A DNA stretch of 34,563 nucleotides from Candidatus Hermodarchaeota archaeon (GTDB taxonomy: Archaea > Asgardarchaeota > Lokiarchaeia > Sigyniarchaeales > SOKP01). Below are positions 29,057 to 34,563 of the stretch, piece by piece. The stretch is from positions 1 to 34,563 of the forward strand of contig JBHLLG010000027.1 of the NCBI GenBank assembly GCA_048885925.1, given 5' to 3'. A program made the position numbers and the translations under genes. The notes beneath the pieces are model-generated. The model saw nothing but the letters and a program-made list of their open reading frames with translations. It was not told the DNA's origin and ran no database searches. Positions within the stretch are counted from its first letter, which is position 1; each line of letters begins with the position of its first letter.

Positions 29057-30076
29057 TTAAAGAAATCTATTCAATATTTTTAATAATATTTTTATAACAT
29101 TTAGATTCTGTAATTTCCCAAGTAAAATTGGATCTAAATTTTTTGATAAATTTTGATACGAAAGAAGTGTCCCTTCTTTTTTAGATTTTTCCCTTAATTT
29201 CTTTAAATATTCAATATTTAAAAGTAAATCAAGATATATTTTAATCCTTAATTTAAATTTTCTAATGAAAATCGAATGGAATAATAGACTTAATTCAATA
29301 ATTATAATGAAGGGTACCAATTTTCGAAGTTTATCAACATTTTTTACCAAAACAATAAATCGGTTTCGCTCGAGGAAGAAATATTGAAAATCATTTAAAG
29401 TTTGATGACTCTTTTGATGAATCAAGAATGGATCATTTGTAGTAAATATTTTATATCCATTTCTTAATATTTTTAATGATAAATCTGTATCCTCATAATA
29501 CATAAAAAAAGATTCATCAAAACCTCCCATTTTTAAAAAGAAATCTTTTTTTATAAATAAAGCACCACCTGAAAATCTTTGTGTTACCTTTACGATTTTA
29601 TTTTTAGGTAATCTCTGTCCTAATTCAGGAGTATAAGAGAATCCAAGAAAGTGATTTTTTGCTCCAAAATAATGAATTCTCCCATTTTCAAAAATTAATG
29701 CTGGAGAGATTACAATTTCAAGATCCTTCTTAAAATTTCTATAAATTTTTTGTAACTTTATAAAAATATCCGAAGGGAAAATTACATCCTGATTTGTAAT
29801 GAAAATGAATTTACCATTAGAAAGGTTTACACCAGAATTACATGCTTCAGCAAAACCTCTATTGACATTATTTTTGACCAGTTTTATATTAATATCTTTT
29901 TCATAAGATTTGATTATATCGATACTTGAATCTTTTGACATATTATCGACTATAACAAGTTCAATTTCATTCAAATTTTTTAATGATTTTATGGAATCAA
30001 GATTCTTATTAAGGAATTTTGCGCCGTTATATGAGGGGAATATAATTGAAATAGTAGGATTTTGAAATTGTATCAC
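29057..30076 (-). CDS. GT2 family glycosyltransferase
   Basis: SIIFPSYN, VDNMSKD, NRGFAEACN, TNQD, FFMYYEDTDL, ERNR. Confidence 0.9.
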   Translation of the reverse strand: MIQFQNPTISIIFPSYNGAKFLNKNLDSIKSLKNLNEIELVIVDNMSKDSSIDIIKSYEKDINIKLVKNNVNRGFAEACNSGVNLSNGKFIFITNQDVIFPSDIFIKLQKIYRNFKKDLEIVISPALIFENGRIHYFGAKNHFLGFSYTPELGQRLPKNKIVKVTQRFSGGALFIKKDFFLKMGGFDESFFMYYEDTDLSLKILRNGYKIFTTNDPFLIHQKSHQTLNDFQYFFLERNRFIVLVKNVDKLRKLVPFIIIIELSLLFHSIFIRKFKLRIKIYLDLLLNIEYLKKLREKSKKEGTLLSYQNLSKNLDPILLGKLQNLNVIKILLKILNRFL

Positions 30077-30182
30077 ATCAGAAGTTTAATTGTATTAAAA
30101 AATTTTTATCATTTTTTAAAAATTTTTATGCTAAGATATATAAAATTAAAACAATTTGAAAATTAAATATTCGTAAAAGAAA

Positions 30183-32480
30183 TTGATAGATTTTCATACT
30201 ATTATGAAAAAAATCTTTATTAGCTTAAATAAATTGATTTTTAGATTAAGAATTAGAATTCAGTTAATTATTTTTATAATTTCTTTAATATCACTTTCTT
30301 TTTTATATTTAAAGTTGTTCAATATAGAAGAAATTTTTCATGATACTTTTATTTCACTCCCTTTAATTTTTCTGATATTATTTAGCTCAATCTTTTCAAT
30401 ATTATTTTTACCTTTTTATCCAATCTTTTTTTTAATAGTTAATAGTAAAAAATTCAATTTTAGAGAAAAAATTTCACTCACTATTGTATCTAACTTATCA
30501 TTTTATATCTTAATAGGATTTATTGGTTCACTTTTCAATATTTTAATAACTTTCAATTACTTCCTTCTTATTTTGACTTTATCATATTTATCTATTATAT
30601 TGGTTTTAGTTATTCAAGGATTAAAGAAAACATATAGAGAATTTCAATCACAACCAAAAAGTTTTAGGCATGATTCAGAATTTTATCAAAACTTCTCACT
30701 TTTAAATTATCTTAAAAAAAAAATCTCTCTAAATGGTTTTTTATTAGGAATTTTCATCATATTAGTATGCACGTTAAATATAATAAACACCAGATTTTTT
30801 GCGGGTACTGATCCGTGGTTACATATTTCCATTGTTAAATATATAACAGTAGTAAATCATATTCCTATGGAAGAATATTATGGAGCAATAGGATTGCATA
30901 TATTTGGAGCAGTCATTCACTTTTTTTCTGGACTTGATTTACTCTTATTACCTAAATATTATTTATTTTATACGATTCCTGTATCATCCTTGATAATATA
31001 TAATCTTCTAATGAGAATTTTTAAAAATAAAAATTTAGCTATTTTTGGAGTCTATTTATTAGTATCTTCATTTGGATTTTCTTTTTTTATGATGGTACAA
31101 TTTTGGCCATCAGGTATAGCATTAATACAAGGATTAATTATCTTTTTTATTCTTTATGTGAGATTACAAGCTTTCATCAAGCAACAAACACCGAAAAATA
31201 CAGATATTTTATCGAATATGACATCCACCTATCTACTTTTAACAATAATTTTCATTAGTTTAATTCTTACTCATTCATTAATAGCAATGATTTTGTTAAT
31301 CTCTTATTTATGGATTTATTTAATCTATTTTGTTAAAAATTTTCGAAGAGGATTTGATTTTCTTTTATTGATGTTCTTTTTCTGCATTTTTTTTCTTTTT
31401 TATTATTTCAATATAGCAACAGGATATTTTCAAGTTTTTAATCCTTTTAGAATTTTATCATGGTATTATTTACTTTTTGGAGCTTTTGTTCTAATATTTA
31501 TCGCAACTTTTTTATTACGGTATTATTTAAAATCATTGAATTTTAAAAATAAAATTTTCAATTTGATAATTATAGGGAAGGAAAAACGAATATATAAAAA
31601 AATGGAAGATAAATATATATTTCCACTAATTTTTGGAATGGGACTAATTCTTACAATAATTTTTAGTTACTTCAATCTAACTATATTTAAAATACATATA
31701 TCATATATTTTTTTCTTTATAGATTCATTAATTCTCGCTTCGTTTGCTATATGGGGTTTAGTTATTTTTCAATATAAGCCAAGAGGAAAACCATTATTTT
31801 TTTGGGGAATAGCACTAGATTTCCTTTTATTAGTAATGTTTTTAATAGATGCGATGATTGGAATGACTACTTTTTTTTTAAGAGTATTTTATTTAACTTT
31901 AATAATCATGATAATAGGATTTGTATCGTATTTGTATAAAATAATAAAATTGAATTCATTTCAAAACAGAAAATTTAAATTATTTTTAATTTTCTTCGTA
32001 ATTTTTTCAATATATACCTCTTATTTATTTGATTCAACTTCTAAAAATATTTTCTTTTTAAGAGAGCAAGAGGTCAAATCTATTCAGTGGTATTCCAACT
32101 ATACTTCTAAAGAACAAGTTATTATTTCCAAATTCGGTTGGTATGCTATATTTATATATTTTGATTATCCTTTTGAAGATAAAAATAGAGATCTTGAATT
32201 AGAGGCAATAAATTATTTTTTAACTCTAGATGATCAATATATTCATCCGTCTTTACATATTTCTGAGGGAATAAATATATTAAAAGAATTGAAATCGACT
32301 TATAATACTGATGTGATTTTAATATTACCTAAAGAATATTACCTACCATTTAATTGGCAATTTTTTGATAGGCTTAGTTATGAAGAAATTGAAGCATATT
32401 ATCATTTAGATTACTTAAATAGAATTTTCTCAGCTAAAGGAGAGAATGATGAAGAAACACCCTATTATTGGGTTATTTAA
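30183..32480 (+). CDS. Multi-pass membrane protein, predicted GT-C fold glycosyltransferase (AglB/PMT-like architecture)
   Basis: GTDPWLH loop motif (compare the AglB/STT3 DP-x-x-H/N loop), many TM segments, THSL motif, and a C-terminal soluble domain starting WYSNYTSKEQVIISKFGW. Confidence 0.68.
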   Translation: MIDFHTIMKKIFISLNKLIFRLRIRIQLIIFIISLISLSFLYLKLFNIEEIFHDTFISLPLIFLILFSSIFSILFLPFYPIFFLIVNSKKFNFREKISLTIVSNLSFYILIGFIGSLFNILITFNYFLLILTLSYLSIILVLVIQGLKKTYREFQSQPKSFRHDSEFYQNFSLLNYLKKKISLNGFLLGIFIILVCTLNIINTRFFAGTDPWLHISIVKYITVVNHIPMEEYYGAIGLHIFGAVIHFFSGLDLLLLPKYYLFYTIPVSSLIIYNLLMRIFKNKNLAIFGVYLLVSSFGFSFFMMVQFWPSGIALIQGLIIFFILYVRLQAFIKQQTPKNTDILSNMTSTYLLLTIIFISLILTHSLIAMILLISYLWIYLIYFVKNFRRGFDFLLLMFFFCIFFLFYYFNIATGYFQVFNPFRILSWYYLLFGAFVLIFIATFLLRYYLKSLNFKNKIFNLIIIGKEKRIYKKMEDKYIFPLIFGMGLILTIIFSYFNLTIFKIHISYIFFFIDSLILASFAIWGLVIFQYKPRGKPLFFWGIALDFLLLVMFLIDAMIGMTTFFLRVFYLTLIIMIIGFVSYLYKIIKLNSFQNRKFKLFLIFFVIFSIYTSYLFDSTSKNIFFLREQEVKSIQWYSNYTSKEQVIISKFGWYAIFIYFDYPFEDKNRDLELEAINYFLTLDDQYIHPSLHISEGINILKELKSTYNTDVILILPKEYYLPFNWQFFDRLSYEEIEAYYHLDYLNRIFSAKGENDEETPYYWVI

Positions 32481-32612
32481 ATACCTTTTAGCTTTATATA
32501 AAAAATAAGATAACAAGATATTAATTTAATTTACTTTTCAGAAGTTTTGTAAAGATTTTTAAGAAAAAAGTTTATTTCTTTATTATAAAGAGAAAGAAAG
32601 AAACCTTTAAAT

Positions 32613-34292
32613 GTGGTTATAATGGATAAAAAGAGAATTTTAATAGAAGCTCAAAAAATAGCGAAAGAATTTTCCTTTTGGATGGTTTCGGGTAATATAG
32701 CTCATTTATACGGTTATGTTTATGAAAGGGAAGAAAAAAAATATGAAATAGAAATTAAATTTGATGAAAATTTTCCAAATAGTCCTCCAGAATTAGTATA
32801 TCATAATGAAATTAAAGAATTATTAGGTGAATTCCAGTTAAATAGTTGTAATAATTGGACTGTGAATTCTTCTGTTATCGATATCATACATGAACTCAAA
32901 GCTAAAATTGAAGATAGGTTAGGATTAACAAAAGAAAATGCAAAAAAACAAATATTACCTATCCAAGAACAACAAGTAATTGATGATTCCTCCAAGGAAC
33001 AATATATTACTCCCGATCTAAATGCATATCCTCCAGATTTTCAATATGATGAATATACTTCTACATCAGATTCCGCTAATGATTTATATTATGATGAAAA
33101 GACTTATGATAGTGCATCAGAACCTCTCGAGCCATCTTTAATCGAACAATCTGATCAGGAATCTAAAATATCAATTCAAGAAGATTATAGTGAAGATATA
33201 GAACAATTGAGTTTAGAAATTAATACTGAATTGGGTTTAATTCAACAAGAATATGCCTATGATCAACCAGATTCCAAGAGGGCTGTTATTAATGTATATA
33301 TCACTATAACGCTCGCAAAAACATTTATTCTTTCAATAGATCTCATGAATTATCCTGAAAAACCAAAGATAGACTTTCCTAATGAGATCAAAAATTTACT
33401 TGGAGATCCTTACAAAACATTAGATACTTTGAGGAATTGGAATTTAAAAAAACCGATACATATAGTAGATATATTACATGAATTGGAAAAGAAACTGTTT
33501 TTCATTAAAGATATTGAAATCCAATTAAAAGAAATCTCGGGAGAATATCGATCTGAAAATGTTCCTTCCAGTTTAACAAAATTAAAAGTACATTTGCTAA
33601 CTTATGGCTTTATGGAATATACAATGACAATAGATCTAGAGCCATACCCAAAGCAGCCAAATATTGAGTTATCTTCAGATTTACAGGAAATTATTAAAAC
33701 TCAGATCATAGATTTAAACTCATATAAAAATTGGAGAGAGGAAGAATCAGAACCTATAGAAATTGTAAGAGAAATTTCTTGGTTAGTTGATAAGAATTCA
33801 AGAATTAATTTTGAGATTGATTTATTAAAAGATCACTATAAAAATATAAAATATGACCCATTAACAACAACTTTACGGGTAGAAATGAAAGGCAAAATGA
33901 AAACTGAGGATCTTATGTTTGACTTTCAAATTAATTTACCCTCAGATTATCCTATGAAAATGCCCCAAATAAAAGTAATAAATGAATTCGAAATTGAAGC
34001 CCATGAAAAAATAAAAAACGATTTACATACTTCTTTTGATGACTTTTTTAATGAATGGAACCCATTTAGCTATCTTATCGATTTGTTCAATTTAATTTCT
34101 AAAAAAATTTTCGAAGTTTCTGTAATAGCATGTGTTATTTGCCATAAAATTGAATGTCCAAGTTGTACTAAAAAAATCGCAGGAGAAAACAATTGTCACA
34201 CAGAATGTCCCCATTGTAATAGAGCATATCATAATCACTGCTGGGAGCAAACTATTAAATCATTTGGCAAATGTGGGTTCTGTTTAAGGTAA
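32613..34292 (+). CDS. Tandem UBC/RWD-like (x4) + C-terminal RING finger protein; putative E3 ubiquitin ligase with FANCL-like architecture
   Basis: Four ~100-aa repeats with the [FY]P-x(2-3)-P signature (FPNSPP aa54, YPEKP aa247, YPKQP aa345, YPMKMP aa446), each followed by a W and a helix. Acidic linker at aa ~105-197. C-terminal Cys/His cluster CVIC..CPSC..C..CPHC..HNHC..CGFC. The ATG at 32622 is an alternative start. Confidence 0.8.
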   Translation: MVIMDKKRILIEAQKIAKEFSFWMVSGNIAHLYGYVYEREEKKYEIEIKFDENFPNSPPELVYHNEIKELLGEFQLNSCNNWTVNSSVIDIIHELKAKIEDRLGLTKENAKKQILPIQEQQVIDDSSKEQYITPDLNAYPPDFQYDEYTSTSDSANDLYYDEKTYDSASEPLEPSLIEQSDQESKISIQEDYSEDIEQLSLEINTELGLIQQEYAYDQPDSKRAVINVYITITLAKTFILSIDLMNYPEKPKIDFPNEIKNLLGDPYKTLDTLRNWNLKKPIHIVDILHELEKKLFFIKDIEIQLKEISGEYRSENVPSSLTKLKVHLLTYGFMEYTMTIDLEPYPKQPNIELSSDLQEIIKTQIIDLNSYKNWREEESEPIEIVREISWLVDKNSRINFEIDLLKDHYKNIKYDPLTTTLRVEMKGKMKTEDLMFDFQINLPSDYPMKMPQIKVINEFEIEAHEKIKNDLHTSFDDFFNEWNPFSYLIDLFNLISKKIFEVSVIACVICHKIECPSCTKKIAGENNCHTECPHCNRAYHNHCWEQTIKSFGKCGFCLR

Positions 34293-34563
34293 AATTGAAT
34301 TAAAATTTACTCTGAAAATATTTTAAATAAAATTTTTATTTTTGAAAAACGTTTAGTTTTACAAAAAAATTAAATTATCAGAAATCGATTTTGTTCAAGG
34401 TTTTTCTAACATGAAATAATGCCCAATTTAAAGATTGAATTCTCTTTTTAATGGCTTTCTTTATTTCTTAAATTGAAAGTTTACATATATAAGTTTTTAG
34501 GTGAATTAATTAAATTTTTTAATTTGACCTTCTTATATTATACATTCACATTTATGCTAGATG

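Noticed and set aside
5181-32480. Calling any of the large membrane proteins aglB
   Set aside because: None has the WWDYG sequon-recognition motif.
32622-32912. First UBC-like domain as an active E2 (E2-E3 fusion)
   Set aside because: It has no HPN motif and has Gln at the apparent catalytic position. A nearby Cys (NSCNNW) aligns with Leu/Tyr in repeats 2 and 3, so catalytic activity is unsupported without a structure.
1045-32995. Short ORF-track entries overlapping larger genes (1045-1266, 2341-2571, 6769-6990, 12858-13121, 13726-13914, 15183-15470, 18110-18343, 20456-20683, 22317-22598, 22717-22899, 23899-24093, 25032-25241, 28501-28716, 32801-32995)
   Set aside because: They are antisense or off-frame shadows of well-supported genes and carry no recognisable motifs.
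1-34563. CRISPR arrays, tRNA/rRNA genes, transposases, integrases
   Set aside because: No regularly spaced repeats, GC-rich structured RNA segments or mobile-element ORFs were seen. The repeated DNA noticed is accounted for by paralogous genes.

Overview
Very AT-rich prokaryotic window, inferred to be archaeal and probably Asgard (Lokiarchaeia-like). The evidence is BRE/TATA-type promoters, an oligo-T terminator, a GGAGGTGA-like ribosome-binding site and a eukaryote-signature ubiquitin-system gene. About 32.5 kb is one large cell-surface glycan locus. It holds nine GT2 genes (a tandem pair of polyprenol-phosphate glycosyltransferase/DPM1-like paralogs, three near-identical WbbL-like paralogs and four others), one GT4 and three large multi-pass GT-C-fold (AglB/PMT-like) membrane proteins. 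It also holds rmlA/rmlC/rmlD plus an extended SDR, an ABC-2 transporter and a LURP-one/scramblase-like protein. Tailoring enzymes include a PAPS sulfotransferase, a Thr-nucleophile sulfatase-like enzyme, four class I SAM methyltransferases and a B12-dependent radical SAM enzyme. The last gene (32613-34292) is the most striking: four tandem UBC/RWD-like domains, all lacking the E2 catalytic motif, fused to a C-terminal RING finger. The RING carries an RBX1/APC11-like third zinc site, giving a FANCL-like E3-ligase architecture. Two genes (rmlA and the sulfatase-like gene) extend well upstream of the ORF-track starts and appear to need non-canonical starts (ATT, CTG). A 34-codon SDR remnant follows the intact SDR. 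No RNA genes, CRISPR arrays or mobile elements were seen.
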